Part shown: positions 12,960-25,392 of the stretch, in pieces
How positions within the stretch are numbered: the first letter of the stretch is position 1
Layout: each line of letters begins with the position of its first letter
NCBI RefSeq assembly: GCF_006345805.1
Contig: NC_042999.1
Span: 4,836,001 to 4,900,000 of the forward strand
Direction of reading: 5' to 3'
Origin: Octopus sinensis
Lineage: Eukaryota
Length of the DNA: 64,000 bases
The notes under the pieces: model-generated
Databases searched by the model: none
What the model saw: the letters and a program-made list of their open reading frames with translations, nothing else
What the model was told of the DNA's origin: nothing
Program-made: the position numbers and the translations under genes

Positions 12960-14380
12960 TACACAGAAAAGAAACAAGGAGAGAAAAAAATGCGTGCAGA
13001 AGCTAGCGATTCAACATGGCGATCTGATTCCGGCCAGAAGTCAGAGATCAGACGTTAGACGCTAGAGGGATGGGTGCGTGTGTGTATGAGAGAATATGTA
13101 TGTGTGTATGAAAGGTCTGGACGTGTGTATGTATGTTGTGATGTGTAATGTCGTATGGTGTTGTGTGGTGTAGTGTGGTGTAGTGTGGTGTGGTGTGATG
13201 TTGTGGGGAGGTGGGGAAAGCCCATGTGGGGTGTGGATTCGGCTGGGGGTTGGGTAGAGTGGGGGCTGTGGGGAGAGTAGAAGGGAGAGAGAAGAGGGGA
13301 GGAGGAGGGAAGGGGAGTGAGGGAGCAGAGAGAAAGAGGGAAGAGGAGGGAAAGAGAGTAGGGGTGAAAAGACGAAGGACTGAAGAGAAATAGGAGTCGG
13401 GGGGAGGTTAGATGAGAGTTGAGACCAAATGGCGTAAAAGAGCGAAGAGAGAAGATTAATCATATATATATATACACACACACATATAAATATATAAACC
13501 AAAGTTTGAGGTATACTAAGGTTAAGGTTACAATTAGGGTTTTGGGGTTGAGTTTAGGTTTACAGTTGAGATTTAGGTTAGATTTAGGGTTAGTGTTGGC
13601 GTTTGGGGTCAGTCCAACCAGTGGATGGCTGGGGTTAATCAATTATAAACATCTTTAGTGAAGATTTTATCTAAAATTCTTTTGGAATAAGTGAATAACA
13701 AAATCAAATTCACCGTGAAAAATTATATGAAGCTATCAACTTTGTATAAAAAAAATTAATACAATTTTTGTAGCAAAAAATTTATAAACGAAAGTTCAGA
13801 ATTATAGGTACAGAGTGGTTAAAGTTTTCAAGTTGACAACAGCCTTGTTTCTTACTCTGGGAACAGACACCAATGAGTTTGTGCCTTACGATTGGCTAAA
13901 ATTACCCAAAATTTGCAAACTTTAAAAGCTATTAACTTTTCTTTTTTTTTTTATTTATGGCAAAGATGAATTTCATTTCCTTAATTAGCATACAAAACTA
14001 CATTAATACATCAAATTTAAAATCAATTGGAACAAAATTAAAGGAATTGAAAATTGAAAGCCAAATAGAAAAGCTGTCTTTTGTTATTATGAATAGTTGT
14101 ATGTCTGTATGTACGCATGGATGGATGGAGACAATCAATATTAAAGGATCGTTCAATACTTTTCAGTAGAGTATCAGATTTATTTTATTTTCGGAACGAC
14201 ATAGTTGACAGTGACTTGGAAATTTCGGATTAGTCGCCTTTATCAGACCATACACTCACTCGCACGTACACATGACTAATATTATCTTCACTGCATAATT
14301 ATTTCAAATTAACTTTTTAAATACTCAGTGCATTAAGAAATGGCAACACTTAACGACTATTATTTTACATATGGCTAGAA

Positions 14381-14421
<41 letters not shown>

Positions 14422-14976
14422 CTGTTACTCCCTCTCTCTCTCTCTATCTATCAATCACTCCCTCCCTCTCTCTCTCTTTCTATCTATCTCTCCCTCTTTC
14501 TCGCTTTTTCTCTCAGTAACTCTATTCTACAAAACATTTTCACACCAACTCTTATATATCCTACAATTATTTTGCTAATTTAATTTTCTTTGGTTATTTA
14601 CGTACACCAACATGAATCACTGCTTGGTTTTAAATGAGATCAAATTAACATATTTTGACAGTCCCGAGCTGCACAGTTTTCGTCAAGCAAATTCACTCAC
14701 AAAGCATTTGTCGACCCAGGGCTATATAGTAACAGACACTTGCCCAAGGTGTCGCGCAGTGGGACTGAACCCGAAACCACAAGATTACAAAGTGAGATTG
14801 TTAACAACACGGGCACACCTGCGCATATTGCCAAACAAAAGTTACGGTTAGAAAAGGCTGTTTATTTATGTGACTTTATATTCATGTATGTTATTTTACA
14901 TATATATATATATATATATATTAAAATGTATTCGTGTAACTGACGTTCTTTGTCTGCTAGGAAAAACATTGGTTGA

Positions 14977-15026
14977 TGTGTATGTCTTTTCGCTGCTTTG
15001 TACAAGGGGCAAAGATCTTCAGCACA
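14977..15026 (-). ncRNA. degenerate hammerhead motif in a probable Penelope-like remnant
   Basis: TGTG-CTGAAGA-T-CTTTG..CAAAG-CAGC-GAAA-AGACA-TA-CACA. Confidence 0.4.
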
Positions 15027-15444
15027 ATTGTGATAATCTATAGCGTAAAAGAAAAAGAAGGTAATTCAAATTATTTTTTAAAGCTGAAAGGACTGGGAAA
15101 ACCACGCTCGCTCGAGGTGACCATTCTATTGGTTAAATATAAAAAGGCCGTGGCCTCAATTACGTCAGAGCATCTAACAATAAGTTCCTTGATTGGCAAA
15201 AATAACAAGGTATTAAGATGAGCCAACTTTTCTTCCAAAGGTTGTCCTGGTCTGTTGTGTATAAAAGTATAACTGTCTGATTATAAATGGTGTCAAGGAT
15301 TAACATTGTACGTATTAAAAGAAAGATTTAAGCAAAGGAGTGGAGACCTACCCACCACTGTTTTCACACCGAATTGTGCTGTGAAACAAAACACCGTTTA
15401 ATGCGTCAGTAAAGATTTTTTTTCTTTTTTCTTTTATTCTACAA

Positions 15445-15841
15445 CTAGCAGTATCGCCCGGCGTTGCTCGGGTTTGTAAGGAAATAACTATATAAGCATT
15501 TTTAGAGATTTATAGCCCAAAAAATAGCAAAAAAATGCATTAAAAATGGGAAAAAAATGATGGTAATTTTTTTCTTTAATCGTTGACTCATCGTAGACAT
15601 TTTTAGAGAGTTACTTCCCTTATATAATAGCGAAAAATGCATTAAAATGGAAAAAAATGATGGTAAATTATTTTTAAAATCGTAGACTCATCGTAGACGC
15701 GTGCTAATACCCAGAAGGGCTCGATACGAATCACGACTATAAGATACCCGGTTTTGGTTAAACTGCACCGCAAAATGTGGGAGTAATTAGGAATCTAAAT
15801 CGTAGGAGACAGACACACAACCTCACTTTTATATATAAAGA
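15445..15841 (-). mobile_element. non-autonomous Helitron
   Basis: Same TC...hairpin-CTAG family as 10231. Confidence 0.85.
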
Positions 15842-15984
15842 TTACATACCTTTTTGTCAAACTGTGTACACCCTACTTCCCTCTCTTCCTCTTTCTCTCT
15901 CAGATTGGTCAAGTGATACAGACACCTCTAACGAGATTGGGAAATCGATTAGAGCTCTTTTTCTTTCTTTCTTTTTTTTTCATA

Positions 15985-16330
15985 TCTTTTACTTGTTTCA
16001 GTCATTTGACTGTGGCCATGCTGGAGCACCGCCTTTAGTCGAACAAATCGCCCCAGGACTTATTCTTTGTAAGCCTAGTACTTATTCTATCGGTTCTATT
16101 GCTGAACTGCTAAGTTTCGGGGACGTAAGCATGCCAGCATCGGTTGTCAAGCGATGTTGGGGTTGGGGGTGGGGGGAATACAAATACATACACACACACA
16201 TATATATAAATGTATATATATATATATATATATATGATAGGCTTTTTTCAATTTCCGTCTACCAAATCCACTCACAAGGCGAGGGTGCCACGCAGTGGGA
16301 CTGAACCTGGAACCATGTGGTTGGTAAGCA
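15985..16330 (-). mobile_element. SINE family B, internally deleted
   Basis: Matches 17701 family. Confidence 0.8.
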
Positions 16331-16709
16331 AAACTTGACTTTAAAAGGATTTAGATAATCCTATCAGGTGGTGCTATTAAGTTAGACATGGCCTGGACCA
16401 ATCTTTGGTCGAAACATATCTAAGTTTATATAATATATATATATATATATAAGTTTAACAATTAAGGATAATCTCTTAATAAGGGATCTTAACAAGAAAT
16501 TATCAGGTAGTTAGCGTGAAAACCTCATAAAAGAAAAGAATTCGAAAATAATTTTTTTCTTTTGAACAAATTAATTATATCTATATTGTATAGAGGGCAT
16601 TATTACACATAAATGCCTCACACTAAGAGGGACAAAGTCATTACTACCAAAATTATACTAATCATACCTAAATGCAGTTTTTCAAAGCAAGACATTTAAA
16701 AATGAATTT

Positions 16710-16767
16710 AGTTCTGTATCACCGTGATTTCACATTCAACTTACGTCTTATGATCATCAGCAGAACT
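16710..16767 (-). ncRNA. type I hammerhead ribozyme (CUGAUGA)
   Basis: AGTTCTG-CTGATGA-stem II-GAAA-TCACGGTGA-TA-CAGAACT. Confidence 0.8.
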
Positions 16768-16821
16768 GATTCTGAACACATCATAAATAGGTGGTAGTTT
16801 ATTTATGATGTGTTCAGAATC

Positions 16822-16879
16822 AGTTCTGCTGAAGATCATAAGACGTAAGTTGAATGTGAAATCACGGTGATACAGAACT
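16822..16879 (+). ncRNA. type I hammerhead ribozyme (CUGAAGA)
   Basis: 7-bp stem I AGTTCTG/CAGAACT; stem II CAT/ATG plus GAC-GTAA-GTT; stem III TCAC/GTGA; UA cleavage site at 16871-16872. Confidence 0.8.
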
Positions 16880-17000
16880 AAATTCATTTTTTAAATGTCT
16901 TGCTTTGAAAAACTGCATTTAGGTATGATTAGTATAATTTTGGTAGTAATGACTTTGTCCCTCTTAGTGTGAGGCATTTATGTGTAATAATGCCCTCTAT

Positions 17001-17040
<40 letters not shown>

Positions 17041-17044
17041 AATT

Positions 17045-17280
17045 GAGATAGGGGTTGTAAATGCAACCCTCCATGGGATAACATATATCCAATATACTGC
17101 TAGTGAAGTACCCAACAAAGTTAATACATAAATGTTAAGGATTGCGATGCAACCAATTCATTTACTGTATTATATGGGCAAAGGTAAAATGATTTACCAC
17201 AAATTACTAATACAAGATAAGAAAATGGAGAAATACATCTAAATCAAATATCAATTACCAGATAATACTCAATCACATAT
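17045..17280. repeat. unclassified (TA)n-associated repeat, diverged homologue of 44109-44341
   Basis: Shared blocks TGAGATAGG, TATCCAATATACTGC, TAATACATAAATG, ATAAGAAAATGGAG. Confidence 0.65.
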
Positions 17281-17355
17281 TTTATTAAACCACCACATAA
17301 GAGACTGTAGGGTTAAACATAAAAAAGCAGAACAAATCAGTGTACATAATCAGTG

Positions 17356-17389
<34 letters not shown>

Positions 17390-17700
17390 ATATAGTTATA
17401 TATTTGTGTGTTTGTGTTTGTCTCCCACCATCGCTTGACAACCGACGTTGGTGTGTTTACATCTCCGTCGCTTAGCAGTTCAGCAAAACACACCGATAGA
17501 GTAAGTACCAGGCTTACAAAGAATAAGGCGATTTCTCGGACTGAAAGGCGGTGCTTCAACATGGCCACAGTCAAATGACTGAAACAAATGAAAGAATTAA
17601 AAAATAATAAAAGAATATAGCATATATTTCACGAGGTGGTGCCATTAAGTTAGACATGCCTGGGCCTATTACTAGCCGAAACCTATCAAAGTTATATGTA

Positions 17701-18091
17701 GGCGCAGGAGTGGCTGTGTGGTAAGTAGCTTGCTAACCAACCAATGGTTCCGGGTTCAGTCCCACTGCGTGGCATCTTGGGCAAGTGTCTTCTGCTATAG
17801 GCCCGGACCGACCAATGCCTTGTGAGTGGATTTGGTAGACGGAAACTGAAAGAAGCCTGTCGTATATATGTGTGTGTGTATATGTTTGTGTGTCTGTGTT
17901 TGTCCCCCCAGCATTGCTTGACAACCGATGCTGGTGTGTTTACGTCCCCGTCACTTAGCGGTTCGGCAAAAGAGACCAATAGAATAAGTACTGGGCTGAC
18001 AAAAGAATAAGTCCTGGAGTTACTCGATTAAAGGCGGTGCTCCAGCATGGCCGCAGTCATATGACTGAAACAAGTAAAAGAGTAAAAGAGT
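17701..18091 (+). mobile_element. tRNA-derived SINE, family B (CORE-like block)
   Basis: Head GGCGCAGGAGTGGCTGTGTGG..GGTTCAGTCCC, CTTGGGCAAGTG block, internal (TA/TG)n, (GTAAAAGA)n tail. Confidence 0.9.
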
Positions 18092-18096
18092 ATATG

Positions 18097-18131
<35 letters not shown>

Positions 18132-18329
18132 GCCTGAATGCAGTTCCACTTTACATAATTTGATAACTCAGTATTAAATTAAATGAAGATTCTTACCTTT
18201 ACAAATTAGGATTTGTTCTAATTAACAGGTAGCCAAAATTAAAAAGCAACGAAGCTCTCGTACGTCAAACAGGTGCAACCAGGTATTTTGCTGCCTAATC
18301 TAGTAAACCCTGGAATGAAACAACACTAA

Positions 18330-19290
18330 TCCTCCTTCCTCTCCTTCTTTTCCTCCACATCTCCTCATCTCTCCCTCTCCCTCTCTCTCTCTCTCTTTCT
18401 TCCTCTCCTTCTTTTCCTCCACATCTCCTCATCTCTCCCTCTCTCTCTCTCTTTCTTCCTCTCCTTCTTTTCCTCCACATCTCCTCATCTCTCCCTCTCC
18501 CCCCCCCTCTCTCTCTCTTTCTTCCTCTCCTTCTTTTCCTCCACATCTCCTCATCTCTCCCTCTCCCTCTCTCTCTCTCTTCCTCTCTCTCTCTTTCTTC
18601 CTCTCCTTCTTTTCCTCCACATCTCCTCATCTCTCCCTCTCCTCTCTCTCTCTCTCTTTCTTCCTCTCCTTCTTTTCCTCCACATCTCCTCATCTCTCCC
18701 TCTCTCTCTCTCTCTTTCTTCCTCTCCTTCTTTTCCTCCACATCTCCCCATCTCTCCCTCTCCCCCCCCTCTCTCTCTTTCTTCCTCTCCTTCTTTTCCT
18801 CCTCCACATCTCCTCATCTCTCCTCTCTCTCTCTCCTCTCCCTCTCTCTCTCTTCTTTCTTCCTCTCTTCTTTTCCTCCACATCTCCTCATCTCTCCCTC
18901 TCCCTCTCTCTCTTTCTTCCTCTCCTTCTTTTCCTCCACATCTCCTCATCTCTCCCTCTCCCCTCTCTCTCTCTCTTTCTTCCTCTCCTTCTTTTCCTCC
19001 ACATCTCCTCATCTCTCTCCTCTCTCTCTCTCTCTCTCTGTCTTCCTCTCCTTCTTTTCCTCCACATCTCTCCCTCTCTCTCTTTCTTCCTCTCCTTCTT
19101 TTTCTCCACATCTCTCCCTCTCCCTATCTCTCTCTCTTTCTTCCTCTCCTTCTTTTCCTCCACATCTCCTCATCTCTCCCTCTCCCTCTCTCTCTCCCCC
19201 CTCTCTCTCTCTTCCTCTCCTTCTTTTCCTCCACCAGTTGACTCCTCATCTCTCCCCCCTCTCTCTCTCCCTGTCTTATCTCTCTTTCTC
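18330..19290. repeat. polypyrimidine minisatellite, ~55-70-bp unit
   Basis: Repeated TTCCTCTCCTTCTTTTCCTCCACATCTCCTCATC plus variable (CT)n. Confidence 0.95.
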
Positions 19291-20429
19291 TGGCGCTGGT
19301 AACTTTCTTTTCTCGTTTTTTAGTTCTTCAAAGCAAACAATAAAAAGAAGAAAAAGAAAGTTGCTCACACGAAATGTTATGTTAGTCCTTTAAAAACATC
19401 TTGTAGCCACTTATTAATCTGGTCATCGACAAAGCAAATAAAACTCTTTTTTTCTTCTTTCGTTTGCCCACCCCCATCAAATTACTATTTTTTTCTTACT
19501 TTGATGTTTATTTTGCAATCAATATTCACTTCAAAATGTATGAAAAACGAATAACGAGTCACATCTGGGAATTAAAGGTTTCTGAAAATGCTTCAAATGT
19601 AAAGTGGAATTATAATAAGTGTGTGAATACATACACACACACACACATGCATGCATACATACATATATGCATACATACATACATACATGCATACATACAT
19701 ATATTGCGCTGATTCACACCTGTTTAGTTACACAAAATTTCAACCTGCCAGTTTATGAGTTCCTTCATCTTACACACACACACACACACTCACACAGATA
19801 CATATCCTTCATACTCACACATGTGTGTGTGTGTATTGTATGCATGTATCTATGTATGTATGTACCTATTCACTCGTGTATAAGTTGCACCTCTAATTTA
19901 GTATTAAATCTTGGTGGTCATGTCGCTGCCATCAATGATGAAGATGATGGTGATGTGGTCAAAATACAATAGTTTTGCTGCTTATCTGCTATGAACTAAA
20001 GTTTTACAAATAATAATGTCACAGTTTATGAAAATGAGACTGATGTTTATACTGTTTCTAACGAGCCTATTCACTTGCTAAATAGCATTTGCAATCATTA
20101 AAATGAAAATAGACTTTAATGAAGGAAGATTAATATCAAATGATGCGTCAAGCAGTACAGATAAAACAGATTTGTTCAATGTATTTTTGCCTCTCTACAT
20201 GAGAATAGATACCTGGAATGGTTGTGAGGTTAAGTAAATCGCTTTGTAACCACATGGTATTGGGTTCAGTCCCTCTGCTCAGTACCTTGTGCAAACATTT
20301 TCTACGATATAGCCTTCGGCCAACCAAAGCCTTGCGAGTGAATGTGGTAGATGAAAATTGTAGATGCCCATTCTGTGTGTGTGTGTATTTAAAAGTGTTT
20401 ACGAGTGACCCCTCAGTTTATGGCCACAG

Positions 20430-20720
20430 GGTATCTTTTTTCTCATAAATAACAGTGACAAATTCATATGACACCGCAAATAATTGTTGTTGACAAAGAT
20501 TCGGAGAGATTGTATTCACCTCAATAGACGTCATTGATTGGTTGAAATTGCCGAAATGCAAGAAATTAAACAACAAATACCTTACAAACTACAGAATTTT
20601 ATCAAGAAAGCCAAGAGAAAAAGATGTTTTATAAACACATTCTACCAGTATACGAAGTTTAAAAGTGTTTAGTTACAAAGAAATTATTTGAAAAATCTGC
20701 CGGTCAAACCGAAAAGATCC
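20430..20720. mobile_element. partial copy of the 39747 MITE family
   Basis: Ends in CAAACCGAAAAGATCC; internal match to 46662-47067. Confidence 0.75.
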
Positions 20721-21582
20721 AAGGATTGTCCTCTACATGCCAACATACCATAGTATCGTTAAATGACAACGACAACATTACCAATATATTTTATTTATCT
20801 TTCGTTTATTTCCTTTTAATATATACATACATAGACAGATAAAGAGCTAGATTTCAATTAACAAAATGTGCTTTCGTCAATTCACAAAACAAACAGGCAA
20901 GGAAACTTGAAATAAAACTTGTAATAAAATTAATCCTAACATACGTCGTGGGGTGCCTCCGATGCTGGAATTCACTTAATCAACGAAGGCATATTTCATT
21001 GGCTGCGCGAACATTTAACTGCAATATTTATTGCCGAACATAAAGGCATTTGGTGTCGACTACTACAGTGAACGATATTAATAATTGCTGACTAGAAGAG
21101 AGAGATATATTGCTTAAAAATTTTTGAAAGCTATCTGTGTCACAACATACGATTGATTCAAAAATATGCGATGTCATCTCTGCAAATCTCAGTGGTGACA
21201 GAGGTCGTTGACCATCAGTGCCCTAATCTACAAGCCAAACGATTTTTATAGGCAATCTGAAGCAAAATTCTTGAACGTTCGAGAAAACCGTATCACGCTT
21301 ATTTGTCGGTTTGCAGACTATTAACATGAAACTATAGTGGTTCGCTTGTGATGTTTGACTGCATATTTAGTGGCTAGGTTTTGAATTACTGCTACACACA
21401 GAAACAAAGACTCTAATTTTCAAGTAGGATTTTGGTCGATTCACTGCTTAACTTATTTTATTGTCCTCTGGATAGATGAAAGTCAAAGTAATCCGTGACA
21501 GGATTTGAACTCAGAAGTAAGCTACAAAATCATACAATGAAATGGAATAAAAGTAATTTGTCTGTCTCTCTCTGTCTGTGAG

Positions 21583-21717
<135 letters not shown>

Positions 21718-22513
21718 GTCATTGTTGTCATCATTACCATCATCCTTTAAAGTCTGTTAGCCATGGCAGCATGGGTTTGGTAGTCTTTCAGAGGACTGCG
21801 TTGAGATCCATTGTCTGTTTTTGCATGGTTTCTACAGCTTGATGCCCTTCCTAACACCAAGCACTCCACAGAATTATTCTAAGCTTTTTTTTGTGGCACC
21901 GACATTAGTGAGGTTGCCATATAACAAGCAAGACAAAGACAAGACACACACACTCAACTGAGTGGGAGTGTATTTTGAGAGAGGGAGGGTGGCTTTATGC
22001 TTAGTGTTGAACGGCTAAAATATGAGAGAGCAACAGGCTCAAGTGTCTTCCTGTAGAGGAGATAAAGATGGTGGTGGTGAGGAGACAGAGCCAACCCCCA
22101 ACATAAGTACAAAGAGAGAATACAGACAGAGGTTCAGGGGGAAAGGAGAGGATGAGTAAGTTCTTATGAGTCTGAGTGGAGGGTGAGAGATGGTTAGAGA
22201 TAGGGTGGAGGTGTGGTTGGTGTTAAACACTAATATGGAGGTAGGAGATACACTGTACAAAGTTGTCGTCCAACGGATACAATTGTCCAGTATTGTCCAG
22301 ATTGGCTTCATCTATTAAAGTTTCTTGTCTTCATTTATACATGTAATCACTTTTTTTTAAATAGCCATTATCATGTGTGCGTGCGTGCCTGTCTGTATCT
22401 GTGTGCGTCTGTGCTTATGTCCACGCTAGTGTAAGAACCATTGTTGCTTATGTTATTTTATTTTATGCTCTGTAACTTTGTGGTTCAGCAAATAGCTTTC
22501 GATAAAATAAATA

Positions 22514-22875
22514 CCTATTTCTTTACTACCCACAAGGGGCTAAACACAGAGAGGACAGACAAACGGATTAAGTCGATTATATCGACCCCAGGGCGTAACT
22601 GGTACTTATTTAATCAACCCCAAAAGGATGAAAGGCAAAGTCGACCTCAGTGGAATTTGAACTCAGAACGTAGCGGCAGAGGAAATACCTATTTCTTTAC
22701 TACCCACAAGGGGCTAAACACAGAGAGGACAAACAAGGACAGACTTAATTTATCAGCCCCGAAAGGATGAAAGGCAAAGTCGACCTCGGCGGAATTTGAA
22801 CTCAGAACATAACAGCAGATGAAATACGGCTACGCATTTCGCCCGGCGTGCTAACGTTTCTGCCAGCTCGCCGCC
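22514..22875 (-). mobile_element. SINE A dimer
   Basis: TSD TAAAATAAATA; junction GAAATAC|CTATTTC at ~22688. Confidence 0.85.
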
Positions 22876-23073
22876 GTAAAATAAATATAAATACCAGCCT
22901 GAATTAAATGCTCTTGCAATTATCTTCTCACAACGCAGAATATTAATCATGGCACAGTGACCTGGTTTCCTTCCATATCAGTTATTATTTCGTTTTACAC
23001 AAGTGTTTGGTTAAGTGGTAGAGTATTTTGTGGTCAGGACACTACTTTAACCTTGTGGTGTTCTCACTCACTA

Positions 23074-23268
23074 GGCGCAGGAGTGGCTGTGTAAACTGTG
23101 TGGTAAGTAGCTTACTTCCCAACCATATGGTTCTGGGTTCAGTCCCACTGCGTGGGACCTTGGGCAAGTGTCTTCTACTATAGCCTCGGGCTGACCAAAG
23201 CCTTGTGAGTGGATTTGTAGACGGAAACTGAAAGAAGCCCGTCATATATATGTATATATATATATATA

Positions 23269-23307
<39 letters not shown>

Positions 23308-23952
23308 TCATCATCATCGTTTAGCGTCCACTTTCCATGCTAGCATGGGTTGGACGGTTCAACTGGGGTCTGGGAAGCCAGAAGGCTGCACCAGGCCCAG
23401 TTTGATCTGGCAATGTTTCTACGGCTGGATGCCCTTCCTAACGCCAATCACTCCATGAGTGTAGTGGGTGCTTTTTACGTACCACCGGCACAGGTACCAG
23501 ACGAGTTTAGCAAACAGCCATGATCGGATGGTGCTTTTTATGTGCCACCGGCACAGGGGCCAGGCGAGGCTGGCAACGGCCACAAACAGATGGTGCTTTT
23601 TACGTGCCACCGGCACGAGGCCAGTCGGGGCGGCGCTGGCAACGGCCATGAACAGATGGTGCTTTTTACGTGCCACTGGCACGCGGCCAGTCGGGGTGGC
23701 GCTGGCAACGGCCACGTTCGGATGGTTCTCTTACGTGCCACCGGCACTGGTAACTCAGCTGCAATTCCCATTGAGCGATTTTGATTCTGATTCTCACTTG
23801 CCTCAACAGGTCTTCACAAGTAGAGTTTTGTGTCCCAAGAAGGGAAGGTATGCATAAGTGGGCTGGCTACATCCCATGTAGAAGGCCACGGGTTATGGTC
23901 TCACTTGTCCTGCCGGGTCTTCTCACGCACAGCATACTTCCAGAGGTCTCGG

Positions 23953-23998
<46 letters not shown>

Positions 23999-24228
23999 CA
24001 TATGTGTGTGTGTATATGTTTTTGTGTGTCTGTGTTTTTCCCCCCAACATCGCTTGACAACCGATGCTGGTGTGTTTACGTCCCTGTAACTTAGCAGTTC
24101 GGTGAAAGAGATCGACAGAATAAGTACTAGGCTTACAAAGAATAAGTCCTGGGGTCGATTTGCTTGACTAAAAAAAGACTGTGCTCCAGCATGGCCACAG
24201 TCAAATAACTGAAACAAGCAAAAGAGTA
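23074..24228 (+). mobile_element. SINE B split by a family C insertion
   Basis: 5' half 23074-23250, 3' half ~24000-24228. Confidence 0.85.
23305..23950 (-). mobile_element. retroposon family C with (GAT)n tail and internal ~60-bp tandem units
   Basis: (CAT)n then CGTTTAGCGTCC, CTGGATGCCCTTCCTAACGCC, repeated GGTGCTTTTTACGTGCCACCGGCAC. Confidence 0.8.
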
Positions 24229-24753
24229 AATGTCTGTTAAAGTAAGTTCCCTGGACATCACTGTCTTTGACTCCCAGGATTAGTAGGGCCGATAACCCGA
24301 TCTCCATCATGTATAAGTGACTGATATCATAGCATACTGCCTGAATGGGATACTAGTTAATCTCAGGGTTCATTTACAGCTAAATGGACAAAAGCAAAGT
24401 AAAATGAAGTGTTTTGCTCAAGAACTCAATGTACCGCCCACCTCGGGAATCGGTGCCTTGATTTTGCGATCATGCGAGGAACACCCCCAACCATTAAACC
24501 ACGCGCAGTCACAAGTATGTGATGCAGGTTTATTAATTCATAACACTCTAACATTTTTTTTTTTCTTTTGTCTTCGATCAGTAACAGTTATTTCTTATTT
24601 GTTTTGATCTGGAAATTAAAAGAAATGACTGCTATTCCCCCTCAAACTGCTTTTGTGACCTTGTCATCAATGTCTTGAAATCAACCTAATTTTCTTTACA
24701 TTTCAGACAGATTCAGCGTTGAGTTGCTGAAACAGAAATATGATTATAGTAAA

Positions 24754-25094
24754 CTAGCAGTATCGCCCGGCGTTGCTCGGGTTTGTAAGGGAAATAACTA
24801 TATAAGCATTTTTAGAGATGTAAAGTATAATAGCCATCTCAATATGGCTAACCCCAAAGAGGGGCGGTTACTGTAGCTTTTTACGTTCTGAGATTTAATA
24901 ATACATTTTTAGAGAGTTACTTCCCTTATATATGCCAAAAATGCATTAAAAATGGGAAAAAATGAAGGGCTCGATATGAATCACGACTATAAGATACCCG
25001 CTTTTGGTTAAACTGCCCCGCAAAATGTGGGAGTAGTTAGGAATCTAAATCGTAGGAGACAGACACCACACAACCTCACTTTTATATATATAGA
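24754..25094 (-). mobile_element. non-autonomous Helitron
   Basis: TC...hairpin-CTAG termini. Confidence 0.85.
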
Positions 25095-25392
25095 TATTCT
25101 GCACAATACCACAAATTTGTTTGTCAGTTGCTTGACTTTAACCACTTGAGCATGTCCCTTCGCAGCTAACTATATGTGCATCTCTGATGATGAGCAGGAG
25201 TAGTGGGGGAGCATCAGAGCCATGTGTTGAGAGGGATTCTTTGGGGCTTGAATAAATATCGTAAAAGCAAAGCTTGAAGGAAATATTAGCTATTTTTCGT
25301 ACTTTTTAAGAGTAAGCAAACAGTAAATAACAATTGCTACCCAAAGACAAAAATTGTGTTACATAGTGTAAATCAATTTTGAAGTAAATATT

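Larger units (their letters stand above)
16453..17008. mobile_element. fold-back element with 208-bp near-perfect arms in (TA)n, Penelope-pLTR-like
   Basis: 16582-16789 vs 16800-17008: one substitution and one 1-nt indel; 10-nt spacer. Confidence 0.85.

Noticed and set aside
18295-19163. Glu/Arg-rich ORFs
   Set aside because: Purine-strand minisatellite lacking stop codons
23467-23750. CRISPR-like repeat-spacer pattern; GGTGCTTTTT resembles a tracrRNA end
   Set aside because: Spacers are homologous to one another, the context is a eukaryotic retroposon, and there are no cas genes
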